Positions 26,691 to 40,292 of a stretch of DNA of 64,000 nucleotides are shown here, one piece after another (positions within the stretch are counted from its first letter, which is position 1; every line of letters begins with the position of its first letter). The position numbers and the translations under genes are program-made. Below the pieces are notes generated by a model, which saw only the letters and a list, made by a program, of their open reading frames with translations, made no database searches and was not told the origin of the DNA. The stretch comes from Schmidtea nova (lineage: Eukaryota): the NCBI GenBank assembly GCA_044892505.1, contig CM097882.1, forward strand, positions 104,284,001 to 104,348,000, read 5' to 3'.

Positions 26691-29485
26691 CAGCGGTTCT
26701 CAAACTTTTTGAGCTGCGGAGCCCTCCAAAGCCATAAATTTTTTTACGGAACCCCAGTGGTTCACTAATGACTAATTGTGTGTATATGCCAATCGATGAT
26801 GCCTAACTCCAAAGTGAAGTTTATTTTTTCATAATATATATATTTACAAATTCATAAATAAAAAGAATTAATGAATATATTTGTACTTCAACAAATTTAT
26901 TTGCAACAAAAATATACATAAATTATAAAAAACATAATAAAATAGGAAACAAGTCCACTCATCGCACTAATATCTAGTGCGATGAGTGGACTTGTTTCCT
27001 ATTTTCACATAATTCTTTTATGTCTGGCTTTATAGCCGAGAGTTGAATTCTCATGTCAGCTTCTGCATCAAATCTGTTGAGGTGTTTTGTTTTTGTTGCA
27101 GCATATGCAGAAAATCCAGACTCGCACAGATAAGTGGTAGCGAAAGGAAGAAGTATTTTAACAGCTTTCATTGATAAATCTGCATATTCTTGTCTTAAAG
27201 TGCACCAAAATTCTGGCAAAGATACTTTTTCAAATATGGGTAGTAATGATGAATCTGAAATCATGTCAATGAAGACTTCGTACTCCTTAACTGTAAATTC
27301 TTCTGGCTTTTTATGAACTATGAATGGGTTTCTAATCCATGTATAATTTTTAAGCTTTTCATTCTGCTCATCTGGAAAATACTGTTTTACTGAGCTTAGC
27401 ATGTCTTCCAAATGTTGACGAATTTCATCACACAACATAAAGTAGTCGCTTTCTTCAATGTCGCCATTAATTTCATCGAAGAATTCTTTAAGTATTGTGA
27501 AGCTATCTAGCTGACGAGAGCGAATGCAAATGATCCAAAACTCCATTATTTTTAAAAGCTTCAATCTTATCATTGGCTGTGAACACTGTTACTTGCTTTC
27601 CTTGAAGTGACATATTCACTTTGTTTATCTTTGAAAAAATATCGGCGAGGTATCCAAGTCGAAGCAGCCACAGTTTATCTGTCAGTTTTTCCTGTAAATC
27701 CATTCTGTTTTCCATGAAAAAAGTGCCCAATTCGGAACGGAGCCCGAATAGTCGAACAAGGACTTTCCCTCGAGACAACCACCGTACTTCGGTATGGAGC
27801 AATAAAGCTTTATGTATGCTGCCCATATCTTCGCAAAGAATCTTGAAAAGCCGTGATTGCAGGGGTCGCGACTTAATGAAATTTATGATCTTTATAGACT
27901 CGTCAAGGACATTTTTCAATAACATTGGCATTTTTTTTACTGCAAGTGCTTGGCGGTGAAGAATGCAATGGCTATTGGTGCAGTTTGGTGATAAATTCTT
28001 GATCTTAGCGACAGCGCCAGCAGTTTTTCCTACCATTGCCTTTGCACCATCAGTGCAGATATCAACACAATTTTTCCAATCTAAACCATGAGTCTTAAAA
28101 AAATTATCCACGATATTAAATATTTCGGCACCAGTTGTGTTATTTGGCAATGGTTCACTCAAAAGAAGATCCTCTTCAAGTAAATTTATGTGCTGATATC
28201 GGACAAAAACAAGCAAGACTGCAAGTCCAGCTACATCTGTGCTTTCGTTCATTTGTAGAGAAAAATTACAACACTTCAGACGAAATATCAATCGAGACTT
28301 CACGTTGGCAGCTAAATCTTTAATTCGACGAGCTACCGTGTCATTGGATAGCGGCACATCTGTAATTTCTTTTGCCAACTTTTCATCAAATATACATTTA
28401 GCTATATCGACTGCACAAGACTTGATCAATGTCTCAGCTATTGTATGAGCTTCGCCTGCTAGTGCAATACGATAACTAACAATGTAAGATGCTTCAGTGA
28501 CCTTCTCATTTCTAGTTTTAAAAGTTGAAACAATTAGGCTTTGGCGGTTTAAGAGCTCATCACGCATACGAATAAAATAATCAACTTTCTTATGTTTAAA
28601 CTCTGGATGTACGGTTTCCAAATGACGACACATTTTAGCGGGCACCATAGCACTATTTGTAAAAAGCTTGCTGCATAAGACACATTGAGGCACATTATTA
28701 GCATCTATAAAACCAAGAGATAAATAGCTTTCATCATATCTCCGTTTCTTAATGGCAGGCTCACGTAATTCACTCGCATTGGGAGCAGATTCCTCTTTTT
28801 CTAGATCTATGCAAGTTTCCACTATTGTGATATTTTTGGATGTAGACGGTTCAGGTGATTGCTGAGATCTTGTGTCTTTCGACGTACCTTTAATTAGCCA
28901 ACGATCCATCCTTTATAACGTATATACAAGTAGTGTAATTTATAGCAATTAATAAAATAAAACTCGGCTAATATATATAAGTAATTTAAAGAAATAAATA
29001 AAAGATAGCTACTACCTTAATATTCTTCAACTTCACTTGAAATAATTTTTTTGCTAAAATTCAGTGATTTTTAATAAAAATTAAAATATAATGCCACACG
29101 TATACTTAAGACAACTGTTGCAGTTTTAATGATTTTGTATTGTAACAAATACTCAAATCGTAATAACTATAATTGACCAATAGCATAACTTACTCACTGT
29201 ACTGTTAGTTCTCTAGTAGGCGTAGCACACTATATTGAGTTAACTGTTAACAGTTACATATTTTTTTAGTTCAAATTAAGTAAATCTGAATATTTCAAAA
29301 CAACAAATTAATTTCATATATGAATTAGTAATAATTATAAGTTAATTTTTTTAAAATTATAATTTAATTTTTAGGTGATTTAAATTTATAATTTTTATTT
29401 CAAATGTGATTATGGGATCCGCGGAGCCCTTTGAGATAGCTCGCGGATCCCCAGGGCTCCGCGGCGCATACTTTGAGAAACGCTG
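26691..29485 (-). mobile_element. hAT/Buster (ZBED5/SCAND3-like) DNA transposon, full length, in the formin intron
   Basis: TIRs cagcggttctcaaac / ctttgagaaacgctg; perfect 8-bp TSD AGCTATTC with central TA at 26683-26690 and 29486-29493; gcggagccc subterminal motifs at both ends. Confidence 0.95.
26974..28909 (-). pseudogene. Buster transposase, inactivated
   Basis: BED finger PQCVLC..HLETVH, CTDGA, HCILH, VRWLSRG, CESGFS. One frameshift near 27550 splits the ORF (468 + 199 aa), and the first catalytic motif reads LQMNEST instead of LQLDEST. Confidence 0.88.
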
Positions 29486-30519
29486 AGCTATTCAATTTCA
29501 TTCATCGTAACTATAAGCGAATATTATCAAATAGATCGTCAATTTCTTAATAGTCCTCTTAAATTTAGTGACACTTCATTATATTTTATATAACATAATT
29601 TTTATGTACAAGATTATATTGTTATGTAACTCGTGCGTATATATCTATCTATATCATTTCCATCATCTATCAGACAACAACATAATCTCAATGTCAACAA
29701 ATCTCTGCCGTCCTGGCTTCAACAATTAGCTCCAAAACAACTATTATAACGTCAATATTTAATTAACTGATTACATAATTTCACATAAAATATTGAGCAC
29801 ATTTGGCATGATCTATAAATTTGCTAATTAGTTTAATAAATTTTATTTGTTTCAATATGTTTTTAATGTCATTATCTCAATATATCAATGAAGATGGGCT
29901 TTATGGTTATTTTTAATCAAATTAGCTGAAGTGATCGGATTATTGAAATTCCATCAACACCAAGTTCGAATTGATCATATTATTAGTCAATTATTGTATT
30001 AATACATATTTTTAATTAATAATATTATTTTAACTTTGGTTAAAACGAATTTCCAAATATTTTACGGAAATTCGTAAATAATATAATATAAAAATAAAAT
30101 AAAATAAAATAATAAATAATATAATAATATAAATAAGCTTCAATACATCCTGTTTTATAAAGGTCAATTCTAATATTATAATTTAAGAATTTTATGTGAT
30201 GTATTATTAATATTTAATAGCAGTCAGGTTATTTAAATTTGCAAATATTATTGGATAGCGGATCCGTCAATTGTCTGCATTATCTGTTTAGAGGCATCGA
30301 GGACCAGTCTATGAAGGAGGGCACATTAAACCAAAAGATTTACAAATTTTATTATTTAATAGTTACGAGTATTATTTATTCTTTAAAATATAAACATAAG
30401 TCAAGCAAGATAGTGTCATAGCTACAAAAGTCGTGCTGCAGATAATAATCAGAGCTCTCAACTTACTGTCTAGGATTTGACTATTTATTTCCAACTGCAT
30501 TGAGGTCATCAATTATAAC

Positions 30520-31640
30520 TACTATGTTCCCCCGAAATTCAGCCCTAACATGGTATGTTTGCAATCCTTTAAAAAAATTATATTGGTGCTCCAACACCGA
30601 AATTCAGCCATAGCTAGTATTTTCCAATATTTATTAAATAAAAATTTCTTATCATCTTCTTATATATGATTACGCTCATCACTGATTCACTGATTCGCTG
30701 ATTCACTGATTCTATAACGCAAGTCAAGTGAAGGTGCTTATTGAATCGAGAAACATTTAGGATAAAAGGCGAAAGATTATATGGAAACATTTAGGATAAA
30801 AGGCGAAAGATTATAGGGAGACATTTAGGATAAAAGGCGAAAGATTATAGAGAAACAGGGAGACATTTAGGATAAAAGACGAAAGATTATATAGAAACAT
30901 TTAGGATAAAAGGCGAAAGATTATAGAGAAATATTTAGGATAAAAGGCGAAAGATTATAGAGAAATATTTAGGATAAAAGGCGAAAGATTATAGGGCAAC
31001 GTTTAGGATAATAGTAATTGTAAGGTGCCTAAGGCGCCCGTTGACAAATCATAAAATAAATGAACAATTTGATGTACGAAATTTTTATTAAAAATTCAAT
31101 TTCTTTTATTTTTAAGCAATTGAAAATTATTTCGGTTATATATATATGGCAAAAAAAATTGTTTTTATTGAAGAACGTCTTGAAAAACTACATTCCGTGT
31201 GAATTGTCTTTGATCATTCAATAAATTTCCTTGCTGTGGATTCGATTCAATAAGCACATTCACTTGACTTGCAACTCTTTATTTATTTTTAATTTTTATT
31301 TTGCAAAATAATCTTTTATGATTTGTCAACGGGCGCCTTACAATTACCTAGTTTTATATATTAATTCTAAATATACTAATATCAATATTAGACGTAATTG
31401 AATATAAAATAAACATTTTGGACGAACTGAGATACAAGTGTTTAACAGAATTTGCATTATGAAAAATTGAACAAACATGTTTTGATCGATTAATCTTATT
31501 ACTCATTTTTTATAACTTTAAAAATATTAAATTTGATTTCAAAAAATAAAAGACCTACCCGAAATTTAGCCCTAAGCGCATTTTGGCTAAGAATTTTGAA
31601 AAAAATTGACATCCGGGGCTGAATTTAGGGAAACACGGTA
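30520..31640. mobile_element. Probable Tc1/pogo-like MITE with a nested Helitron/Helentron-like insert and a 34-bp tandem array (30751-31010)
   Basis: Outer imperfect TIRs tatgttcccccgaaattcagcc / ggctgaatttagggaaacacggta; inner inverted pairs 30719-30749 with 31242-31272, and ~31012-31056 with ~31314-31350 ending in ctag-tttt; about 8 copies of acatttaggataaaaggcgaaagattat. Confidence 0.45.
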
Positions 31641-32893
31641 TCCAGTGTAGTATACTCATCCTTTTCTTTACGCTGCCTATAAATTGTCCTACGTAAAGCG
31701 AATACGGTTTATTTATTAGAAAATATGCGTATTTAGTTCAAAATTATCAAAATTTATATGCCTGTCAACCCTTTAAAAATTTGTTATAATAGATTAGTTT
31801 ATATAGTCACAATTTAATTTCTGAATTTTCGATGCTAAAATCCCATTGATGAAGCCGTTTGTCTGGCAGTGCAACAGAATCAATATCTGCAAATCTATGA
31901 TTACAGATTCCCGATTACTTGCTCACAAAATCAATATTACTGCCAACAGCAACATTCCATGTAGATATAATAAATATTTACCCATTAAATTCACATAAAT
32001 TTATTAACTGGCTAAAAATAATTGTTTTGGGCATCTATCTAATTTTATTTTATTTCACAATTTTATCGAACTATGACAGTCCGATATGAACCAAATCGTA
32101 AATAATTTGTTTTGATCTCAATTTGGTTTGGTGATGAATTCAGCACAGCATTCGCATTGATTATTGATCACGTTTGAATCATTTCACCGAGGATGTCTGC
32201 AAGCGTTTAATCAATTCGGTGTTTGCTGCCAGTTCTGTATCATCAATATGCTGGTTGAAATGTTCAGAAACTGCTGCACAATAATGCACGTCGCGATCAC
32301 AAATTCAGTGTTTCACAATTCGATACAACTCTTGCATATACAATTGTAGTGCAATAATCTCTCTGACCTGTTGATTATCGACTATTCCATGCACAAATTA
32401 TATACCTGTGTTTCCATTCTGGTGCCGGTGATGATTCATACGGGCATCATGCACAATGATTTCTGATGTTATTAGCACTGCTGCTGTTGCATGTGAGACC
32501 TCAAATTGAAATAGGCTGGGAAATATAAATATTTATTATCCTTATCACTTTACCAGGTCGTACACTTTTTCAAAAGTAAGTCGGCTTTGTTTGAAATGTG
32601 GAAAAATTAGAAATGCACTTGTCTATGAACTTGTCTACTTACGAGATAAGGGCTCTGGAATTAAAGCCTAATAAGACACGTTGATGCAGTATATATGGCA
32701 GTGGTTCTCTATCTTTTTAGGCGACGGTACCACATCAATTATATAATTGGTAATTTTTTGGAAATACTTATGGACACCATTGTTTAAGGGTTTTTTCCAA
32801 ATTTAATTTGAGATTCGCCGCTGGTAGCGCAATAATTTAAAATATAATTTAAATAAATATTTAACAACAAACGAGAATCCAAATATATATTTT

Positions 32894-32934
32894 GCACAAT
32901 ATATTTCGAGAACTTAATTCTCTTCATCAGGTGC
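32894..32934 (-). ncRNA. Minimal type I hammerhead ribozyme, inverted copy
   Basis: Exact reverse complement of 33578-33618. Confidence 0.75.
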
Positions 32935-33577
32935 TACCCAATCTTACATCGAAATATAAATCACATAAATCGATTTATTCGAACAAATTAGTATTAATTT
33001 TTAAAATAAAATATATATTTTAAATTTTATTATAGTCAAAAAATTTATATCGAATTTAAAAGTTTTTAATTTAAATAAATTAATCTTAAAAATATAATAT
33101 TCTTTTATTTTTATACAAAAAAATATTTTTTTTAAGAATATATTATAAATATTTTCATATTTATAAACAACAGAATGATTGAAAACGAAATCCATGATCC
33201 CCAATTGAAAATGCTCTAAAACTCGAGTACAGAAAAGACGGTCAGTCTTGTCCAAAGTATGTGGCATTACGCCCATTTTCTGTACTCGAGTTTTAGAGCA
33301 TTTTCAATTGGGGATCATGGATTTCGTTTTCAATCATTCTGTTGTTTATAAATATGAAAATATTTATAATATATTCTTAAAAAAAATATTTTTTTGTATA
33401 AAAATAAAAGAATATTATATTTTTAAGATTAATTTATTTAAATTAAAAACTTTTAAATTCGATATAAATTTTTTGACTATAATAAAATTTAAAATATATA
33501 TTTTATTTTAAAAATTAATACTAATTTGTTCGAATAAATCGATTTATGTGATTTATATTTCGATGTAAGATTGGGTA

Positions 33578-33618
33578 GCACCTGATGAAGAGAATTAAGT
33601 TCTCGAAATATATTGTGC
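33578..33618 (+). ncRNA. Minimal type I hammerhead ribozyme (Penelope-like element type)
   Basis: gcac-CTGATGA-a-gagaa(ttaag)ttctc-GAAA-tata-TT-gtgc: stem I gcac/gtgc, 5-bp stem II, palindromic ATATAT stem III region, NUH site AUU. Confidence 0.75.
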
Positions 33619-34335
33619 AAAATATATATTTGGATTCTCGTTTGTTGTTAATTATATTAGTGCCATGCTGGTTGTGTTATGTATTAAATAAATATGTAAG
33701 TCTTTTCTATTTAAAATAGGTCCTTATCACCCCGGTGATGTTTATCTGATTTTCCCTATTGAATCTTTATTCCTTTTTACTTCTCTTGTTGAATTCACTC
33801 AAAATATAAATATTCTAATAAGCTAGGATTTTTTTTTAAATCTTCAAAGAATTTTTAGTATTTCAAATCAAACTTGACATTGTCTCAATATTCAATATTA
33901 AGATTCAACATATATTTCCGGGAAATAATAATAAGTAATTATTGCTTCTAGTGACATAAAATAATCTCAATTAAAGGGCATTTTAAATCATTACATATTC
34001 TTTTATAATTATTTGGAAACATGCGCAGGGAGTCCCACTGTACTGATAATATGATGCGTATGTGTATTCTATCGCGTCAGCTGGGAAATCTTACATGTCA
34101 GCTAAAAAAAGATTAAAATATTTACTTGTAATAATGAAATCAGTGTAAATTCAACATATGGAGCTACGTAGGCAAACAAATTAATCGTATTTTATTCACT
34201 GAATGTTAAATTATTTTGGCCTAGATTTGAAGTGTCACTTTTTCAATTGGTAATTATTGGCAAAGAATATTTAAACCACTAAAATTAATTATTTATTGTT
34301 TTTGATTAGCTATTTTATATATTTTTTTTATTTAG

Positions 34336-36209
34336 AAAAAGAATCATCTCGTCCTAAGGATAGCAATCAAAATTCGCCAGTCGCTCCGCCACCTCCGGGA
34401 CCGCCTCCTCCTCCGGTTGGAGGATTAGTTGCTCCACCACCTCCAGGACCGCCTCCGCCTCCTGGTCCACCTCCTCCTCCGGTTGGAGGATTAGTTGCTC
34501 CACCACCTCCAGGACCGCCGCCTCCTCCGGTGGGAGGATTAGTTGCTCCACCACCTCCAGGACCGCCGCCTCCTCCGGTGGGAGGATTAGTTGCTCCACC
34601 ACCCCCAGGACCGCCTCCGCCTCCTGGAGGTGGATCTGTACCTCCTCCTCCTGGTCCACCTCCTCCTCCTGGAGGAATAGGAGTTCCACCTCCCCCTCCA
34701 TTACCGCCTGGAGTTGGATGCCCTCCACCACCACCTCCTCCAGGTGGTGTTAGAGCTGCACCATCAGCTGCAATACCGAAACCTCCAAGCACTCTAGAAA
34801 AATACGGATTAAAACGAAACATATATCAACCGGAACAACCAATGAAAAAAGCAAACTGGAATAAAATCAATGAAAAGAATTTGAGTGAAAATTCCGTTTG
34901 GCTGTCAATAAAAGAAGAAACTATTCCAACTGATATATTGAAAGAATTGGAGAACAACTTCTCCACTAAAATCGTAGCTGTAAAAGAGAAAGCAGTTAAA
35001 GCGACCGTTGTGAAAGAGCCTAAAATTCTTGACGGTAAAACAGCACAAAATATATCAATTTTACTGGGTTCGTTGCGAATGGAATATGAGAAACTGAAGC
35101 AGGCCATTCTGGAAATTGATACGTCTATCCTAACCCAGTCGATGATTGAGCAGCTAGTGAAGAATTTGCCAGAAGCCGAGCAAATGCAAAAGATTGCCGA
35201 ATTGGGAGATGTTTATAAAGATCTGATCGAGTGCGAGCAATTCTGCTATCATTTGTCGAATATCAAAAAGTTGAAACCGCGATTGGAATCCATTCTATTC
35301 CAGCTGAAGTTCGATGACAAGATCAACGAGGTCAAGCTCCAATATCATGAAGCAGAAAGTGCATTGAATGAAATTTTAAAAAGTGAAAAAGTAAAAAAAA
35401 TTCTCGAAATCGTTCTTTCTCTAGGCAACTACATGAACAGCGGTTCCCGCAATCAGCAGTCCATCGGCTTTGAATTGAATTTCCTCTGCAAGCTATCCTC
35501 AACCAAGGATAAAACTAACAATCGCTCATTGATTCATTTTCTAGCAGAGATAATCAGTCGGACCGCTTTCAATCCGGCAGATTTAGCGAAAGATTTGAGC
35601 TATATAGACAAGGCCAATCGATTGGCACTCGATGCCACTGCCAGCACGCTGACAGAAATCAAAACCGGCTTGAAGGCAATAGAAAATCAATTAAAGTCAT
35701 TCAAATGTTCCGCTGAAAATGATAGATTTTCCGAGATAATGTCACCTTTTGTTATGGCAGTTCAAGAGCAAATCGTTATCGCAGAAACCTTTCAGACGCA
35801 AATGAATACAGCTTTCCAGTCGGTGTCGGCATATTTCACATTCAACTCGTCCTCATACAAAATCGAGGAGCTGTTCAATGATATGGCTAAATTCAAAACC
35901 GAATTCATAGAGGCACACAAATTTAATGAGGAGAAGAAATTGTTGGAAGAGAGAGCATTGAAGGCAAAACTGGACAAGGAACGTCGAGAAAAAGAAAAAC
36001 AGATGCCGGTAATGTCGAAAACGACATCCGAAGAAGATAGTGGAGTTATTGATAATCTTTTGGCAGTTTTGAAAAGTGGAGATGGAGCGTTGTCTCCTAA
36101 ACGACGGAAACCGAAAGGCAAAGACGCTCGTCGACAGTTGAATCGATCTCGGTCTCGTGGGGAATTCAACGAGAATATGTCCAATAATTTAATAGAAATC
36201 GCTTCATAG
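34336..36209 (+). CDS. dia: Diaphanous-related formin, exon 2 (FH1 polyproline, FH2, DAD); spliced product ~1105 aa
   Basis: Acceptor tttag|aa at 34335/34336; poly-Pro repeats; KKANWNKI, ILDGKTAQNISILLGSL, LGNYMNSG, GFELNFLCKLSSTKD; DAD motif GVIDNLLAVLKSG plus basic KRRKPK. Confidence 0.95.
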
Positions 36210-37090
36210 AACTTAATATTCTAATCAGCATTGCCATATCAGACATTCCAAATCTATATTAGTGCTTCCATTGTAAAAATTGATTGCTTACTTTTATATC
36301 AAATAAATGTTTTGTTTTTACTTTTTATTTTATTTTAACCTCTTTTCTTTATTATTATTACTAGCTGTAACACGTGAAAAATCACGTTAAGTACCATCAC
36401 AATTTAAATGATATCTTATAGATCCGAAGTTCTATCTCAAAAATATACCGATACCGACAAACAATAAAATCTAATTTAAATATTACTTAAAATTTAAATT
36501 ACAAAATTACTTTAAATTTAAAATTACAAAGTTAATGACGTGTGGACGTACAACGATAATTATATAATTTGATTATTATTCATAAGCAGGGTAGTGTGAA
36601 GTGTTGAGCACAGTTGATTTTCAAGCGATTTATCCCTGAATTCAGTGGATCCTCCCGAAACATTATTTAAGGAGAGGAGTTACAGAAAATGCAATACTAT
36701 TGGGGTTTGTCTAAACAAGCACGAAATATAAAAAAGGACAATAACTATGTGCAAATAATAAAAACATGAAAATTTAAAAATTAATAATTAAAGTACAAAA
36801 ACTCATTAAAAATTAATATTGGGCGGGGAAACTAGTATGGGTCGATGTCGAATGATGAGACGAATCTAAATATGGTAATATAAAATCAAAAATGGGTCCC
36901 CAGAAAGAAATATTAAGAAAAAACAAATTAATTACCTATTGGAAAACTCTAGCTAATGGGAAATCCGAGCCAATAGGAAGCCCAAACAGTGTGAGAAACA
37001 CATGTTGTCAACAAATAAATTTAATTATCCAAGATATATTGTGTGTAGGGAAACCCCGAGTAAAAGAAAGCTCGAAATGCATGGGTAATT

Positions 37091-40019
37091 GATTTTGATT
37101 TAGGTCAAAATCTAGTGCACACACAAATGTAAAAAACGGATATTTATCTTTAAAATCTGCCATGTTGATTCCACAATTGATAATTTTATCAAATTATCCC
37201 ATATTTCTCAGAATACTTTGCATGTATGTTGTCGTATATTCATCACTTTCAAAATCCTGAGTATAGGTTTCACTGAAATCACTATATTTTGATAATGTTA
37301 GTGATGTTAATCCGAAATATTTGTATTTTGAACATGATTGAATATACAAACCATTATATTGAGCAGCAGTCTAAAAAGTGACAAGAATGAAACTAGGTAA
37401 ACGCCGATCACTGAACAATTTATCTTTATAGAATAATGATGAACCCATACTCCATCCATGAGCAACAATCTCTTTTGTTTTTATTGGATAAAAGGCATTT
37501 CTAGTATTAAGTCCCAATTGATGCCCAGCCAACATAGATGGTTCAACACGAACTCTTCTAACCACTAATTTAGCATATAATATTTGATAAAACGGAGCAC
37601 TACTCTTGGTAGCAGTTTCCAAACAAAATCGCGCAGGAGCTCTAAGCAATCTGATTTGGATACTATCACCAAAAATTAGATATTTAGGCTGGTCCATGAA
37701 ATCTAATTGGAGACTACGACACATTGAAAATATGTTCGATCCTTTGATAAACCTTTTCCATTCATCATCAGTTGCAACATATCCAATTGGCGTCAGACGC
37801 GTGTTGGGGTTAGTCTGAAGTGGTGCAAGTAAAATGAGAGAGCGCAAGAGGTTAAAGGAAGATCAATAAATTAAATTAAAAAATTAAAAAATAAGTATAT
37901 ATCGGGGGAAATTGGTATGTACGGATGGGAAATGAATAGATGAGAAATTCCCTTGAAAAGATATTCAGTAAATAGAAATTAATTAAAAATTTATGAATAA
38001 TTTATTAGCCATGTAGAAAACCCGAGTCAGGGGGAAGCCCGAGAGCATGGGAGATCCGGGCTAGTGGAGAGCCCGAGCAAAGGAAAACCCGAGACGAAAT
38101 CGAATGAACAAAGGTGCTGATCAAAGAAATCAAATTAGAACAAATTATGATAAGCAAAATCCCAATTACAGAAATTCATAATTGAATTTGACCGCAAGTT
38201 TGGAAAACATAACCAATTTGTAAACAAATTGGTTAACTATAAAAGCGGCAAGAAAAACAGAAAATGGCCAGTTTGGTCGAAGAGAATTTGCAGTAGTTTT
38301 AACGATAGAGTAAGTGGAAAGGAGATTATCGTACAGTAACATTAGCCAATCAATCGTATCAGAAAGGCCAATCTACCCTTGGTAGACCTTCCCCTATCGC
38401 TTAGGAATGCAGAAACAACAATGATTGTACTGATTTTAGTTGTTGTGAATTGTGAATTTGAATAAATAAAAATTTATTGCGTTGGATCTCAGTTATATCA
38501 TTACTAAAGGAGCACGAGGTGTCAGAAACTAGACCGACTCAAATTAATAACCCAACACACATAATTTTTGCATCAGTATTGTAATTAATTATTGTTTCAA
38601 TGAAAGCTTTTTGAGCATATTGACTGTTTCCACATTCCACCTTAAAACTATTAAAACTCAGAATCACATCCTTGAAAAGAGTATGAAACCAGTAATTGAC
38701 AGGTATAACATCAGATGTATCACCCAAAGCTTTCCCATCTTTAGCATTAATTTTTAATTGAAGAATCAATAGCGTATCATTGAAATCCCGATACTAAGTT
38801 TGACTAGAACTAATTTTAAACTCTATTGCATTATCGGTATTTGTAATTGTATTGAATTGAAAAATTTCCTCAAATGTTCCATACTCAATTACAACTTAAG
38901 GAGACTGTCGATCAAAAATACACAATTCAGATTTTCCACAGATCATTTTGATTCAAAGATAGTACCATGTCATTTCATTCGTTTGTTTATACGCACACCT
39001 TTATGCTTCTTTCTTTTTGGTTGTGTAAACGGTTTTGGTGCAACTGGTTCTTCTTTCTTTTGAAACATACCAGCTACACCTGGTGCAAATGTCCCGATTT
39101 CTACAAAAGCATTTGATTTTAATGCCGGTAAAATCTTTTGGTTAACCACAATCACATCTTTTGCTGTTTTCATACTGAAACTGCCAATTCGTTTAAGAAT
39201 GAGTAATGCAAATCTACCTATGGTTTTCAACTATCCTGAACCATAATGTTTACTCATAAAATATGGTAATTCGCCTCCACCTTGAGGAGAACTATACATT
39301 GAAATTATATCTTGTTTAGCCATCTATTTTTCTAAAATTGATTGTCAATTGAGTTTTTGAATCCTTAGCAAAATCAATAAGTTTTCCCCTATCATTCCGA
39401 ATATTTATTTCTATATTGCTTATAAATGATGTAGATATTGTTAAATACATTGGATTTTTGATATTTATATTGACAACTTTGCTCTGTTCATGTTTGTCCA
39501 CCCAAATAGATTTTAAAAACGGAACACATGTATCACCAACCAATATTGGATCAACAAAACTTGAACATTTGATTATGTAATTTTGGTTTTCTAACACCAT
39601 CATTTTCCTTCAACATTGATATACGTTGAATTATCCAATCTCAATATTTTCGTTAATTTAGCATCAAATATAACTTTATTAAGAGATTATTTAATAGCGA
39701 ATTTCATAAATTTATTTTCAACAAGTTACAGAGATTTGAATATTTCCGAGCAATTCGTCTGTAAATAATTTTACTATTGACTTATTTCTGTAATGTAAAA
39801 CTCATCCTCGAATACTTTGGTATATTTGATATTTTTACTATATACGAAAATCATCTTAATCATTTCTTCTAGACCATACGCAAATTTAGGAAGTGGTTTG
39901 ATTACTAGTGGTTGGGTGATGTTAGTATTCAAAATAGGAAACCCTAATTTCACCGCATTTCCATGACTGCTAAATTGAATATCAAATGCAAAATTCTTAC
40001 AACTAATATAAATGTGTCC
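37091..40019 (-). pseudogene. Decayed Polinton structural module: penton (39316-40019), pVI-like core protein (38970-39320), major capsid protein (38946 to ~37091)
   Basis: MICGKSELCIFDRQSP vs MISAKSELCLFDRPSP; LDFMDQPKYL, VRRVRVEPSMLAGHQLGLNTRNA; ILVGDTCVPFLKSIW..KNPMYL..NIEINIRND; same gene order as 52786-55431; stops and frameshifts. Confidence 0.9.
37802..38557. mobile_element. Solo LTR (Gypsy-like) inserted in the old capsid gene
   Basis: Ends TGTTGGG...CCCAACA. Removing it with one 4-bp TSD restores the frame (TDAKITRLTPIGY vs NDTKHTSLTPMGY). A related fragment lies at ~36700-37085. Confidence 0.75.
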
Positions 40020-40292
40020 ACCTAAATAACAAGGATGACAAGTTTTACGATGGAATTGATTAAATAGTATTCAAGAAAGATACAAAATGGTATATTGTCG
40101 TTTTGTTTCAAGGAATCAAATATGATGCCGAAAATAACATTTCTCGCGTTTGGAAATTAACTAATGCTATTGAAGCTCATAACTGATTATTATTATTGGA
40201 ACTAGTTTATGTTTAATTTATTTTGTTTAAATATATTTTACTTAGATTTATTTATTTATTTAAAAAAACATAATGACACAATTATAATACAT

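Larger units (their letters stand above)
32861..33651. repeat. Long palindrome: 376-bp arms (32861-33236 and 33276-33651) with a 39-bp spacer; likely an inverted Penelope-like pseudo-LTR pair
   Basis: No mismatch found by eye; the ORF track gives the same peptide on both strands; each arm ends in a hammerhead motif. Confidence 0.9.

Noticed and set aside
33001-33511. Two ORFs encoding the same peptide on opposite strands
   Set aside because: A by-product of the palindrome; low-complexity AT-rich translation.
34354-34822. Gly-rich and Glu-rich minus-strand ORFs
   Set aside because: Antisense shadows of the formin FH1 polyproline region.
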